Positions 18,571 through 27,729 of a DNA stretch of 64,000 bases are shown here, in pieces. The stretch covers positions 556,522 to 620,521 of the forward strand of contig AP024680.1 of assembly GCA_025999275.1 (NCBI GenBank). Reading direction: 5' to 3'. This DNA is from Patescibacteria group bacterium (GTDB taxonomy: Bacteria > Patescibacteriota > Microgenomatia > UBA8517). Position numbers and translations under genes: made by a program. How positions within the stretch are numbered: position 1 is the stretch's first letter; each line of letters starts with the position of its first letter. The notes below the pieces were generated by a model. The model saw only the letters and a list, made by a program, of their open reading frames with translations. It was not told the DNA's origin and made no database searches.

Positions 18571-19572
18571 ATGAGGAGAAAACTAATAATCGCATTTTTG
18601 ATAAGCACAATAATATTTTTGATAGCATATCAGACAAATTATAAAAATAAAAATAAACCTAGTTTAATCAATCAAACTCCAAAAACAGAAAAAATTCTTG
18701 AAAAATATTCAGTAGAGAATTTGGCTAAATCAGATATAAAAGATGGAGATATTTTGATAAAGGAAAAAATTGAAGAAAAAGAAAAATTTAATTCTTACAT
18801 TTTTGAATTCAGATACAACCCCAACTTAGATGGAAAAACTATTAAGAAAACAACGGGAATGATAAACATTCCAAAAGAGGGAAATAAATTCCCATTGGTA
18901 ATAATGATAAGAGGATATGTTAATCCAAAAATATACAAAACAGGAATCGGCTCAAAAAATTTAAGTTATTTTCTTGCTAATAACGGTTTTTTAACTATTG
19001 CACCCGATTTTTTGGGCTATGCTGATTCTGACAAAGAAGCTGAAAATATTTTTGAATCTAGATTCCAAACTTACACAACAATACTTTCTTTGATTAAATC
19101 AACAAAGAAGATAGAAAAATGGGACGGAAAAAACATTTTCATTTGGGGGCATTCCAATGGAGGCCAAATATCAATTTATACAATCGAGGTAATAAATAAC
19201 AATATACCAACAGTCCTGTGGGCTCCTGTATCAAAGCCTTTTCCTTACTCAATTCTTTACTATACTGACGAAGCTGAAGATAAAGGAAAATTTATAAGAA
19301 AAGAGTTGGCTAAGTTTGAAGAAGTTTACAGTGTTGAAGATTTCTCAATTACCAATCACTTTGACAAAATAAACTCAAAAATATTAATAATTCAAGGGGC
19401 ATTAGATGATGCTGTTCCAGAAAAATGGTCAAGGCAACTTTATCAAACCCTAAAAGAAATGGGTAAAGATGTAAGTTACAAAGTATATCCAGCAGATCAT
19501 AATCTAAGACAATCTTGGCAACAAGCAGCAGAGGAAACACTGTCTTTTTATAAGCAAAATTTGACAGAATGA
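18571..19572 (+). CDS. alpha/beta hydrolase (S9 peptidase / dienelactone hydrolase-like) with N-terminal TM anchor
   Basis: Nucleophile elbow GHSNGG and C-terminal catalytic Asp/His region (LIIQGALDDAVP, ADHN). Confidence 0.5.
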   Translation: MRRKLIIAFLISTIIFLIAYQTNYKNKNKPSLINQTPKTEKILEKYSVENLAKSDIKDGDILIKEKIEEKEKFNSYIFEFRYNPNLDGKTIKKTTGMINIPKEGNKFPLVIMIRGYVNPKIYKTGIGSKNLSYFLANNGFLTIAPDFLGYADSDKEAENIFESRFQTYTTILSLIKSTKKIEKWDGKNIFIWGHSNGGQISIYTIEVINNNIPTVLWAPVSKPFPYSILYYTDEAEDKGKFIRKELAKFEEVYSVEDFSITNHFDKINSKILIIQGALDDAVPEKWSRQLYQTLKEMGKDVSYKVYPADHNLRQSWQQAAEETLSFYKQNLTE

Positions 19573-19596
19573 TAATAAAAGTAATATAGTTAAATT

Positions 19597-19935
19597 ATGA
19601 AATTATTAATGAGATTGATCATAAATGTATTTGCCTTATATGTAGTGGAATATTTGGTGCCTGGATTTAGACTAGAAAATATCTGGGCAGCAACAGTTGC
19701 AGCAATAGTCATTGGCATAGTAAATACATTCATAAGACCAGTGCTTCAAATAATCACCCTACCCATATCAATAGTCACTTTTGGACTCTTTTCTCTTTTG
19801 ATAAATGTTGGCCTTTTATATCTTGCAAGCTTTGTTGTGCCTGGTTTTGAAATAGCAAACTTTCTTACCGCTTTCGTTGCCTCAATTGTTCTTTCTTTAG
19901 TTTCTTGGTTTTTGGGGCATCTTGCCAAAGACTAA
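19597..19935 (+). CDS. small 4-TM membrane protein, DUF360/holin-4-like
   Basis: Hydrophobic 112 aa. Motif RPVLQIITLPISIVTFGLFSLLIN shared with ORF 3185. Confidence 0.4.
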   Translation: MKLLMRLIINVFALYVVEYLVPGFRLENIWAATVAAIVIGIVNTFIRPVLQIITLPISIVTFGLFSLLINVGLLYLASFVVPGFEIANFLTAFVASIVLSLVSWFLGHLAKD

Positions 19936-19950
19936 TATGGCCAAAGGCTT

Positions 19951-19986
19951 TATTAAGAAAAAAGAAGGCCCAAACCAATCGGGGCC
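19951..19986 (-). terminator. hairpin plus T-rich tract oriented for minus-strand transcripts, lying in a region with only plus-strand genes
   Basis: GGCCC-N10-GGGCC stem at 19968..19986. On the minus strand it is followed by TTCTTTTTTCTT (complement of 19951..19965). Confidence 0.3.
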
Positions 19987-20095
19987 AAAATATAGAACTC
20001 CTGATTTTTTTAAGGGAAAAACCTTTAGCCCCAAATCTTCTTTTGCCAAGTTCAATCCTTCAACCTTCAAAATTCAACATAAAGGGTAGTTGAAA

Positions 20096-20194
20096 GTAGC
20101 AAGTAGCACGTAGTAAGTAGTAAGGGAAAGGAATATAGATTTAGGATTTAGGATTTAGGATTTAGGATTTAAGAATTATGAATAATGAATTAAG
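20096..20194. repeat. intergenic modular repeat, locus A: GTAGCAAGTAGCACGTAGTAAGTAGTAAGGG module, (GATTTAG)x5 heptad array at 20138..20172, then GAATTATGAATAATGAATTAAG module
   Basis: The same modules recur, in either orientation, at 32724..32850, 36369..36555, 53711..53985, 59761..60095 and 63822..63859. Confidence 0.7.
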
Positions 20195-20325
20195 AAAGAC
20201 GGGTAAAAGTGCCTGTTTCAACAACGGGCCCATTATTAACACCCACTTGTTTGCAAAATATTAAACCTGCATTAATATCTATCTTCATCTATCTATTTAT
20301 CCTTTTTTAAGATATAATAGCTCCT

Positions 20326-21201
20326 ATGGCTAAAACAAAGGAAGAAAAAATAACAAGAGTTATTGCTAAAAATGATGATGGCTCAATACAAATAACCTTC
20401 AGTGTGCCTAAAGGAATTGTGGCCAAAGCTGAAGAAAAAGCTTTAAGCGAGATAGGGAAGGACATACAAGTTCCCGGATTCAGAAAAGGAAAAGCGCCAA
20501 TCTCAAAAGTAAAAGAAAATATTCGTCAAGAAGAACTAATTGAAAAAATACTCACTAACACTGTTCTTCCAGCTTTAAGAGAAGCATTTGAAGAAGAAAG
20601 AATAAAACCCATTGTTTATCCAAAATTTGAACTAGTCTCCATCAAAGAGGGTGAAGATTGGCAAGTTAGAGTACTCACTTGCGAGCTTCCAGATGTGGAT
20701 CTGGCAAATTATAAAGAAAAAATAATTAAAGACTTAAAACCAAACCAAATTTGGACTCCAGACAAAAAGGGAGAAGAGAGCACCAAAGAAAGCCGAGAAG
20801 AAAAAGAACAAAAAGTGATTGAGTCTTTGATTAAAAATATAGATATAAAAATTCCAAATCTTTTAATAGAAGAGGAAGTTAATAGCCGTCTATCACAACT
20901 TTTGGAAAGAATAGAAAAGCTTGGGCTAAGTTTGGAAAAATATTTGGAATCGATAGGAAAAACTGCCCAGAGCTTAAGAGAAGAATACGAAAAACAAACA
21001 AAAGAAGCCATTGCTCTTGAATTAATCCTTAACAAAATAGCTCAACAAGAAAATATAAAAGTAGAAGAAAAAGAAGTTGATGAAATATTAAAAATATCAG
21101 GAGAGAATCTTAATAACAAAGATGACCTGCAAAGGAGAGAACTGGTAAAAAATATAATCTCAAGAAGAAAAGCTCTAGAATTTTTAACCTCTTTGATATA
21201 A
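20326..21201 (+). CDS. tig: trigger factor, short form lacking the central FKBP-type PPIase domain
   Basis: Ribosome-binding signature VPGFRKGKAP in the N-domain plus a C-terminal helical-arm domain. Only 291 aa. Confidence 0.6.
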   Translation: MAKTKEEKITRVIAKNDDGSIQITFSVPKGIVAKAEEKALSEIGKDIQVPGFRKGKAPISKVKENIRQEELIEKILTNTVLPALREAFEEERIKPIVYPKFELVSIKEGEDWQVRVLTCELPDVDLANYKEKIIKDLKPNQIWTPDKKGEESTKESREEKEQKVIESLIKNIDIKIPNLLIEEEVNSRLSQLLERIEKLGLSLEKYLESIGKTAQSLREEYEKQTKEAIALELILNKIAQQENIKVEEKEVDEILKISGENLNNKDDLQRRELVKNIISRRKALEFLTSLI

Positions 21202-21225
21202 AATAATTAGGCTGCCAATAATAAG

Positions 21226-21825
21226 ATGGCAAAATCTGATCTTCATAATAGAAAAGGAAAGAGAAATTATGTTGAAAACCTCAGGGAAAATGATGATTTT
21301 CTTACTTCTTTGGCCTCAAATATCAACCCCCTTGATCTGATTCAAGAGATCGTTGGAATCCAAAAAACAAATGAGGAATATGCAAAAAAAGATTTTAGGC
21401 CCGGCGAATCAATAGAAATATCATCAATCAAGCCATCCGAAAGAAGTTTTTTTAACTTGCCAACCGAGTTTAGTATCTTTAGCCAAGAAAGAAGAGAAAC
21501 TGAAAGAAAAATCGCCGAACTTAAAGCTGAGCTTAAAGCAATTATCAATGAGATAAAGTTGTTGGCAAAATCAACAGAAAATGTAAAAGAAGAAATTAAA
21601 GCAATACCTGAACAGGCACCTGAGGACGCTGGTACTTATCATCTTTTCTTCTTCGAGCAGATATTAAAAATTGTAAGAAACGCTCGTCTTCAAATAGAAA
21701 AAGCCTCTGTTTGGCTCGAGGCCTCAAGCAAAAGATCTCGTATGAAATATTGGACAAGGTATAAAAAGCATGGCTCAAGTTTTCTTCTTTCTGCTGATCA
21801 CTATCTCACCAGATCCGCGGGTTAG
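21226..21825 (+). CDS. hypothetical coiled-coil protein
   Basis: Clean ORF with host-like composition, predicted coiled coil (ELKAELKAIINEIKLL), no recognisable domain. Confidence 0.35.
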   Translation: MAKSDLHNRKGKRNYVENLRENDDFLTSLASNINPLDLIQEIVGIQKTNEEYAKKDFRPGESIEISSIKPSERSFFNLPTEFSIFSQERRETERKIAELKAELKAIINEIKLLAKSTENVKEEIKAIPEQAPEDAGTYHLFFFEQILKIVRNARLQIEKASVWLEASSKRSRMKYWTRYKKHGSSFLLSADHYLTRSAG

Positions 21826-21896
21826 TCAAATGACAAGGACGGACCTTGTCAATAAAGCTTGCAGATTCTCTACTGTTAACATAAAATATGTAACAA

Positions 21897-21970
21897 GGAC
21901 GGTTAGCTCAGTTGGTTAGAGCGTTCGCTTGACGTGCGAAAGGTCAGGGGTTCGAGTCCCTTACCGTCCA
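21897..21970 (+). tRNA. tRNA-Val (anticodon GAC)
   Basis: Acceptor GGACGGT/ACCGTCC, anticodon stem-loop TTCGC-TTGACGT-GCGAA, T-loop TTCGAGT. Confidence 0.8.
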
Positions 21971-22269
21971 CAGTTTTGGAAAATTTAGATTGTCGGGTAA
22001 TGGCACCCGCCGCGCCCACCCCGCGGCGAGTGTTGCAAAGCCCTGTTTATACACCCAAAAAAGACACCGCAATTAAAGAAAAAAAGAAAAACGCAAAAAA
22101 TTTTAACGTCCTAAAACTCAAATGGCGCAATCTGTTGGACACAGAATTGTGCCATCAAAAAAGCAATCCCTTTTTGCTGTGTCCAATAAACCAATAAAAA
22201 TATATCAATTTTCTGGAGGCAAAAGCTACATTTTTTGCTTTTCTGTAAAAAAATTGATATACTACGATT

Positions 22270-23349
22270 ATGCCCGAAGATATAACCAGTGTTAAACAAG
22301 GTATACAAGAAGTAAATCCAGTAGTGGATAAGTTGCGCGAACTCAACCCAATAGAAAAGTTAAGGTCAACTCTAATGGAAGAACATCACCCATACGGGTT
22401 ACTTTTGATGTCAGCGCCTTTTATTTCTGCTGCAGGACCAACGGCATATCACATTGATGATTTAGGATTATCTTCATCTTCACTTTTAGTTTACAGTTCA
22501 TCTGATACAAACCACGGTCAACCAGGAAAATTATTGAAAGACTTTAGTAGTGCGGGTGCACTTGGTTTATTCTCTTCTGGTCATAGCCCTGAAGCCTCAT
22601 TAACTTCTGCAGGTTTTGCTTTATCATCTATGGGTAACGAAGAAGATCAGTTACATATGCCAATTGCAGCGTTGCTCTCCGTTTTAGGTGCTTCGGCTGG
22701 GTCTGATCCAAATTTGGCAAATGCTTTTCGTAATTCGTTTGAATTTACAGCCCCTCAAGCAGAGGCTATGGTTGTTCCTCTTTCGGCTTCCGCCAAACAA
22801 AAAGAAGTCAAATCTTTTTCTCTTAACAGAATGGAAATACGAGATAACAAATTAAGAGTTGGGAGCGTGGTTGCAAATGTATGCGTTTATATTGGGCGAA
22901 AGGAATTTACAATTACTGGTGGAGGGTTAGATAAGCCTTATGTGATTAAACCTGGCGATATTTTTTTAACACTCCATGTTAATCAGAGTGGAGAACAATA
23001 TGCTCAAATGGAACCTATTGCCCGTGTTCGAGCAATTAAGCGCGACTTTCAGAAATTATGTAGATTATTGGAAAAACCTGATCAATTTGAATTATCCGAT
23101 GAACAAAGACAGCAAATAGAGAGATTAAGGGAAGCACCTATGATAGGCGTTAGTCATCTTGTCAAACTGATTGCCGCACGAGGTTTGCCAACCTGGGGTA
23201 TTGAGTCTCTACCAAAACTTGTTCAACAATTTCACACTTTTGATTCCCAAGTTGTTTCTAAATTATTTGGTGGTCAACGGAAGGTGAATTCAATGGACAT
23301 TAGAGTGATGTTTCTCCCCGCATCTATGCGAAGCCAGATAATGGCTTAG
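22270..23349 (+). CDS. hypothetical protein, compositionally atypical (Ser/Ala/Gly/Leu-rich, Lys-poor), in a tRNA-bracketed segment
   Basis: 359-aa clean ORF. Local GC and codon usage differ from the flanks. No recognisable catalytic motif. Confidence 0.4.
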   Translation: MPEDITSVKQGIQEVNPVVDKLRELNPIEKLRSTLMEEHHPYGLLLMSAPFISAAGPTAYHIDDLGLSSSSLLVYSSSDTNHGQPGKLLKDFSSAGALGLFSSGHSPEASLTSAGFALSSMGNEEDQLHMPIAALLSVLGASAGSDPNLANAFRNSFEFTAPQAEAMVVPLSASAKQKEVKSFSLNRMEIRDNKLRVGSVVANVCVYIGRKEFTITGGGLDKPYVIKPGDIFLTLHVNQSGEQYAQMEPIARVRAIKRDFQKLCRLLEKPDQFELSDEQRQQIERLREAPMIGVSHLVKLIAARGLPTWGIESLPKLVQQFHTFDSQVVSKLFGGQRKVNSMDIRVMFLPASMRSQIMA

Positions 23350-23515
23350 CATAATTGCTCGGCGGAGCCGAGCAAAAATCGCGCGCGTGAAACATAAGCG
23401 AGGTCGAAAGCTGGGTGTGAAGATGACACTCTAAGTTGATAGAGGCACTCGCAGTGCTACCTTTGAAATTCAGTCCGAATTTTTTCGTAAAGAGTCCACT
23501 CAATTTGTATATAGA

Positions 23516-23589
23516 GGGCCCGTAGCTCAGCTGGCTAGAGCGCCTGGCTGGCAGTCAGGAGGTCAGGGGTTCGATCCCCCTCGGGTCCA
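23516..23589 (+). tRNA. tRNA-Ala (anticodon GGC) with G3:U70 identity pair
   Basis: Acceptor GGGCCCG/CGGGTCC (G3-T70), anticodon stem-loop CCTGG-CTGGCAG-TCAGG, T-arm AGGGG-TTCGATC-CCCCT. Confidence 0.8.
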
Positions 23590-23730
23590 CTACAAAATTT
23601 AGTCATCTATCTACAAAACACTAAATAAAACTAGTAAATTTAAATTATTTTTTTTAAAATTACATTTTTAAAAGTATCGCATTGTATAATTGTCTAGATT
23701 TTTACCCACAAAAGTTTTAATATATCAACA

Positions 23731-25473
23731 ATGGATCAAAACGAAAAATTAAGAGCACTGAGACACACTACCGAACACGTTTTAACTCAGGCTGTTTTGA
23801 GGCTTTTCCCCAAAGTAAAAATGGCTATGGGGCCAGCAACCGATGAGGGTTTCTATTTTGACTTTGACCCCAATGGAGAACAAATTAGCGAAAAAGATTT
23901 TCCCAAAATAGAAGCAGAAATGGAAAAAATTATCAAAGCAGATTTACCACTAAAAAGGGAGGAAATTACTCTTGACGAGGCAAGAAAAGTTTTTGCAGAT
24001 AATCCCTACAAACTTGAATGGTTAGATGAAATTGAAAAAAGAAAAGAAAAACCCACAATCTATAGAACCGGAAATGAATTTGTAGATCTTTGTGCAGGAC
24101 CCCATGTTAGCTCAACTGGCAAAATAAAAGCCTTCAAACTTATCTCTATCGCCGGTGCCTACTGGCATGGAGACGAAAGAAATAAAATGTTAACCCGAAT
24201 TTATGGAACTGCTTTTGAAACAAAAGAAGAGCTTGAAAAATACCTAAAAAATTTAGAGGAAGCAAAAAAAAGAGACCATAGAAAAATCGGCAAAGACTTA
24301 GATCTATTCCTGCTAACAGACGAAGTTGGACCAGGGCTTCTAATACTTAAGCCAAAAGGGGCTATTATAAGGCGAGAAATAGAAAACTTCATAATTGAAG
24401 AACAAACTAAAAGAGGGTATCAGCATGTCTACACCCCTCATATCGGCCGAAAACAACTTTGGAAAACCTCCGGCCATTGGGATTTATACCGGGACAAGAT
24501 GTATTCGCCAATGAAAATAGACCAAGATGAATATTTAGTCAAACCAATGAATTGTCCATTCCATATGGCAGTTTACAAATCTCAAAAAAGAAGCTATAGG
24601 GAACTCCCATTAAGAATTGCTGAAATTGCAACAGTTTATCGCTATGAAAAACCTGGAGAACTTTCAGGAATGTTAAGAGTAAGACACATCACTCAAGATG
24701 ACGCACATATTTTTTGCCGAGAAAACCAAGTAGTTAATGAATTTATAGGGGTATTTGATTATATGTCCTACTTGCTTGAAACATTTGGCCTTAATAATTA
24801 CTACCTAAGGCTAGGTCTAAGATCTCCAAAAGAAAAATATCTTGGCAATGACGAAATATGGGAAAAGGCAGAAAAAGAAATAGTAAAGGCAATAGAGAAA
24901 AAAGGATTGAAATATGTTAAAAGCTATGGAGATGCGGCTTTTTATGGACCAAAGCTTGATGTAATAATTAAAGATGCCATAGGAAGAGAGTGGCAGTGCG
25001 GAACAATACAAGTTGATTTTATGCTTCCAGAGCGTTTTGGTCTTGAGTATGTAAACGAAAAAGGAGAGATAGAAAGACCGGTTTTAATCCACAGAGCTCC
25101 ACTAGGTTCAATCGAGAGGTTTCTTGCCATAATAATTGAAAATTACGCAGGCAACTTTCCAGCTTGGTTATCACCCATACAAGTAAGAGTTTTGCCTATT
25201 ACCGAAAGGAATGTCAAATATGCCCAAGATATTACAGAAAAACTTGAGACAAATGGTATAAGAGCCGAAATCGATTTAAGGAATGAAACCTTGGGAGCAA
25301 AAATACGCGACGCACAACTTGAAAAAGTATATCTAATGGTTATAGTAGGTGACAAAGAAGAAAAAGAAAATAAAGTAGCTGTAAGAAACAGACACGGAAA
25401 AGATAACGGTTTGCAAACAATTGAGTCTCTAATCGAAGACCTTAACAATAAAATAAAACAAAAGCTTCCGTAA
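23731..25473 (+). CDS. thrS: threonine--tRNA ligase (class II), short N-terminus
   Basis: Editing/second-additional domain (HTTEHVL, CAGPH) and catalytic core HIGRKQLWKTSGHWDLYRDKMY, motif 2/3 region, C-terminal anticodon-binding domain. Confidence 0.9.
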   Translation: MDQNEKLRALRHTTEHVLTQAVLRLFPKVKMAMGPATDEGFYFDFDPNGEQISEKDFPKIEAEMEKIIKADLPLKREEITLDEARKVFADNPYKLEWLDEIEKRKEKPTIYRTGNEFVDLCAGPHVSSTGKIKAFKLISIAGAYWHGDERNKMLTRIYGTAFETKEELEKYLKNLEEAKKRDHRKIGKDLDLFLLTDEVGPGLLILKPKGAIIRREIENFIIEEQTKRGYQHVYTPHIGRKQLWKTSGHWDLYRDKMYSPMKIDQDEYLVKPMNCPFHMAVYKSQKRSYRELPLRIAEIATVYRYEKPGELSGMLRVRHITQDDAHIFCRENQVVNEFIGVFDYMSYLLETFGLNNYYLRLGLRSPKEKYLGNDEIWEKAEKEIVKAIEKKGLKYVKSYGDAAFYGPKLDVIIKDAIGREWQCGTIQVDFMLPERFGLEYVNEKGEIERPVLIHRAPLGSIERFLAIIIENYAGNFPAWLSPIQVRVLPITERNVKYAQDITEKLETNGIRAEIDLRNETLGAKIRDAQLEKVYLMVIVGDKEEKENKVAVRNRHGKDNGLQTIESLIEDLNNKIKQKLP

Positions 25474-25522
25474 AGAATATTGATTTAAATGATTTTTTCT
25501 AGTAAAATGAATTAGGTTTTTT

Positions 25523-26098
25523 TTGAAGAATAAATTGAAAGACATCTTAAGCAACTGGCGAATAAATCAAAAAATAAGAGCTGAGAAAGTAAGAGTTATT
25601 GATGCTGACAAGAAATTTGTCGGCATTATGACTTTAAAAGAGGCTCTTGAAAAAGGCCAAGAATTAGGCCTTGATTTAGTAGAGATTGCGCCAAAAGCCA
25701 ATCCTCCAGTTGTAAGGATGATTGAACTCGGCAAGTTTAAATACGAGCAGGAAAAGCGGCTTAAAAAAGAGAAAAAGGGTGCCAAGGGTGGTGAAACAAA
25801 GGAAATAAGATTCTCACCCTTTATTGCTGAGGCTGATTATCAAAACAGAATTGAAAGAATAAGAGAATTTTTAAAAGAAGGAAATAAAGTAAGAATAGTT
25901 GTCAAATTCAAAGGTGCACAAATGGGTAGTAAAGATTTTGGGTATGATTTAATAAAAAGAGTAATATCAGAGGTTGGCCTACCTATAAATATAGATATGG
26001 AACCAAAATTCTTAGGAAGACATTTAGCTAGCGTCATTTCACCTATGTCAAAATCAAAAAAGGAAGGAGAAAACAAAAATGCCGAAAACCAAAACTAA
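25523..26098 (+). CDS. infC: translation initiation factor IF-3. The start is uncertain because infC often uses a non-ATG start.
   Basis: KIRAEKVRVIDADKKFVGIMTLKEALEKGQELGLDLVEIAPKANPPVVRMIELGKFKYEQEK plus C-domain RIVVKFKGAQM. Precedes rpmI-rplT as in the canonical operon. Confidence 0.85.
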   Translation: MKNKLKDILSNWRINQKIRAEKVRVIDADKKFVGIMTLKEALEKGQELGLDLVEIAPKANPPVVRMIELGKFKYEQEKRLKKEKKGAKGGETKEIRFSPFIAEADYQNRIERIREFLKEGNKVRIVVKFKGAQMGSKDFGYDLIKRVISEVGLPINIDMEPKFLGRHLASVISPMSKSKKEGENKNAENQN

Positions 26099-26282
26099 AA
26101 AAATTATTACCAAAAGGTTTAGATTAACTAAAAAGGGAAAATTATTACGAAAACAAGGGTTTAAAAGGCATCTAAATGCTAAAAAATCGTCTAAAAGAAA
26201 GAGATCTTTGGGAAGAACAGTTAAAACACATAAAACCTGGGCCAAAAAAATAAAAAGGGCTCTAGGTAAAAATAAGTCATAA
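26079..26282 (+). CDS. rpmI: 50S ribosomal protein L35
   Basis: MPKTKTKKIITKRFRLTKKGKLLRKQGFKRHL..., basic 67 aa, overlaps the infC 3' end. Confidence 0.85.
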   Translation: MPKTKTKKIITKRFRLTKKGKLLRKQGFKRHLNAKKSSKRKRSLGRTVKTHKTWAKKIKRALGKNKS

Positions 26283-26283
26283 A

Positions 26284-26622
26284 ATGGCAAGGACAAAATC
26301 AATAGCATCAAGAAAACATCGAAAGATTTTGAAAAAGGCTAAAGGTTATAGGCAAGCAAGAAGTAGAAGAATAAAAACAGCCAAAGAGGCTGTACTTCAT
26401 GCAGGCCAGTACGCCTATATTGGCAGAAAAAATAAAAAAAGAGATTTGAGAAAGCTTTGGATTATTAGATTAAACGCTGCTGCAAGAAAGGAAGGCATTT
26501 CTTATTCCAAACTTATAAAACTTCTAAAAGAAAATAATGTAGAAATAGACAGAAAAATTCTAAGTAACATCGCTGTTAAATTTCCTGAAGTTTTCAAAAA
26601 AATAGTTGCTAGCCTAAAATGA
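26284..26622 (+). CDS. rplT: 50S ribosomal protein L20
   Basis: MARTKSIASRKHRKILKKAKGYRQARSRRIKTAKEAV...LWIIRLNAAARKEGISYSKLI. Confidence 0.9.
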   Translation: MARTKSIASRKHRKILKKAKGYRQARSRRIKTAKEAVLHAGQYAYIGRKNKKRDLRKLWIIRLNAAARKEGISYSKLIKLLKENNVEIDRKILSNIAVKFPEVFKKIVASLK

Positions 26623-26688
26623 CATCTTTAATTTACACCAGCTTTTGCTTTAGAATAATAAAGTAAGGCTGGGGTAAAGTGTTTTTTT

Positions 26689-26717
26689 ACCTCCGCCAGA
26701 AATCGGAGGTTTTTTTT
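26689..26717 (+). terminator. intrinsic terminator (stem ACCTCCG/CGGAGGT, T7-8 tail). Its 3' arm contains the pheS Shine-Dalgarno GGAGG.
   Basis: Hairpin at 26689..26710 followed by TTTTTTT at 26711..26717, directly abutting the pheS ATG at 26718. Also preceded by a T7 run. Confidence 0.6.
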
Positions 26718-27728
26718 ATGAACGAGGAAATAATAAATTTAAAAAACGAAGCTTTTGCACAAATAAACACAGCCAGTGATACAAAAGAGTTGGAAGAAAT
26801 TCGAATTGCTTATTTAGGTAGAAATGGCAAATTAACTTCCTTAATCAAAAGAATAAAAGAAGTGCCCCCAGAAAAAAGATCACAAGTGGGCAGTCTTATT
26901 AACGAAACTAAAAAAAATCTCGAAAATCTCCTCTCAGATAAAAAGCAGGAAATAATCAAAAGCCTAACAGAAAAAAGAGAATGGTTTGACTTAAGTATTC
27001 CAGGAATCAAACCAGAAATGGGCCACAAACACCCCTTAAAAGAGGTCTTAGAGGAGGTTAAGGATGTATTCAGATACCTAGGTTATCAAGTAGCCGAAGG
27101 ACCAGAAATAGAATCAGATTATTACAACTTTGAAGCACTAAATATTCCAAAGGATCATCCGGCACGAGACACTCAGATGACTTTTTATCTAGAAAATGGA
27201 AAAATACTACGAACACAAACCTCAGCTATGCAAGTTAGGGTCATGGAAAAAACAAAACCACCTTTTAGAGTTTTGGTGCCAGGAAGAAATTTCAGATTTG
27301 AACAAGTTGACGCTTCACACGGTTTTGAGTTTTGGCAAGTAGAGGGGTTTGCTGTTGATAAAAATATACGCTTCACCGATTTGTTGGGAACTATCAGTTT
27401 TGTGTTGAAAAAACTTTTTGGGGAAGAAGCAAAATTAAGATTTGCCACAACCAATTTCCCGTTTGTCGAGCCTGGAGTTGATACATACTTACAATGCACT
27501 ATTTGTAAAGGAAAGGGCTGCCCTTTTTGCAAAAACACAGGCTGGAGTGAGATAATGCCTGCCGGAATGATTCACCCTGAAGTTCTAAAAAAGGGAAAAA
27601 TCAATCCACAAGAGTGGCAGGGTTTTGCCTTTGCAATAGGCTTTTCAAGAATTGTTAATCTAAGATATCAAATAGATGATTTAAGAATTCTCACAACACC
27701 GGACATAAGAATTTTATCTCAATTTTAA
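26718..27728 (+). CDS. pheS: phenylalanine--tRNA ligase alpha subunit. The ORF-track GTG at 26679 lies in the terminator; ATG 26718 is the more likely start.
   Basis: N-terminal MNEEIINLKNEAFAQINTASDTKELEEIRIAYLGRNGKLT, class II core motifs (FRVLVPGRNFRFE, GFAFAIGFSRI). Confidence 0.9.
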   Translation: MNEEIINLKNEAFAQINTASDTKELEEIRIAYLGRNGKLTSLIKRIKEVPPEKRSQVGSLINETKKNLENLLSDKKQEIIKSLTEKREWFDLSIPGIKPEMGHKHPLKEVLEEVKDVFRYLGYQVAEGPEIESDYYNFEALNIPKDHPARDTQMTFYLENGKILRTQTSAMQVRVMEKTKPPFRVLVPGRNFRFEQVDASHGFEFWQVEGFAVDKNIRFTDLLGTISFVLKKLFGEEAKLRFATTNFPFVEPGVDTYLQCTICKGKGCPFCKNTGWSEIMPAGMIHPEVLKKGKINPQEWQGFAFAIGFSRIVNLRYQIDDLRILTTPDIRILSQF

Positions 27729-27729
27729 A

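Noticed and set aside
20709-21035. 108-aa minus-strand ORF
   Set aside because: Antisense inside trigger factor. Shadow ORF.
21934-22197. 87-aa plus-strand ORF
   Set aside because: Starts inside tRNA-Val(GAC) and runs through GC-rich hairpins. Pro/Arg-rich low-complexity translation, most likely non-coding leader of the 22270 ORF.
23350-23515. GC-rich 165-bp non-coding stretch considered as tmRNA/SRP/RNase P RNA
   Set aside because: No tRNA-like acceptor/T-arm ends (tmRNA) and no SRP domain IV or RNase P P4 motifs are recognisable by eye. Left as unexplained non-coding DNA of the foreign segment.
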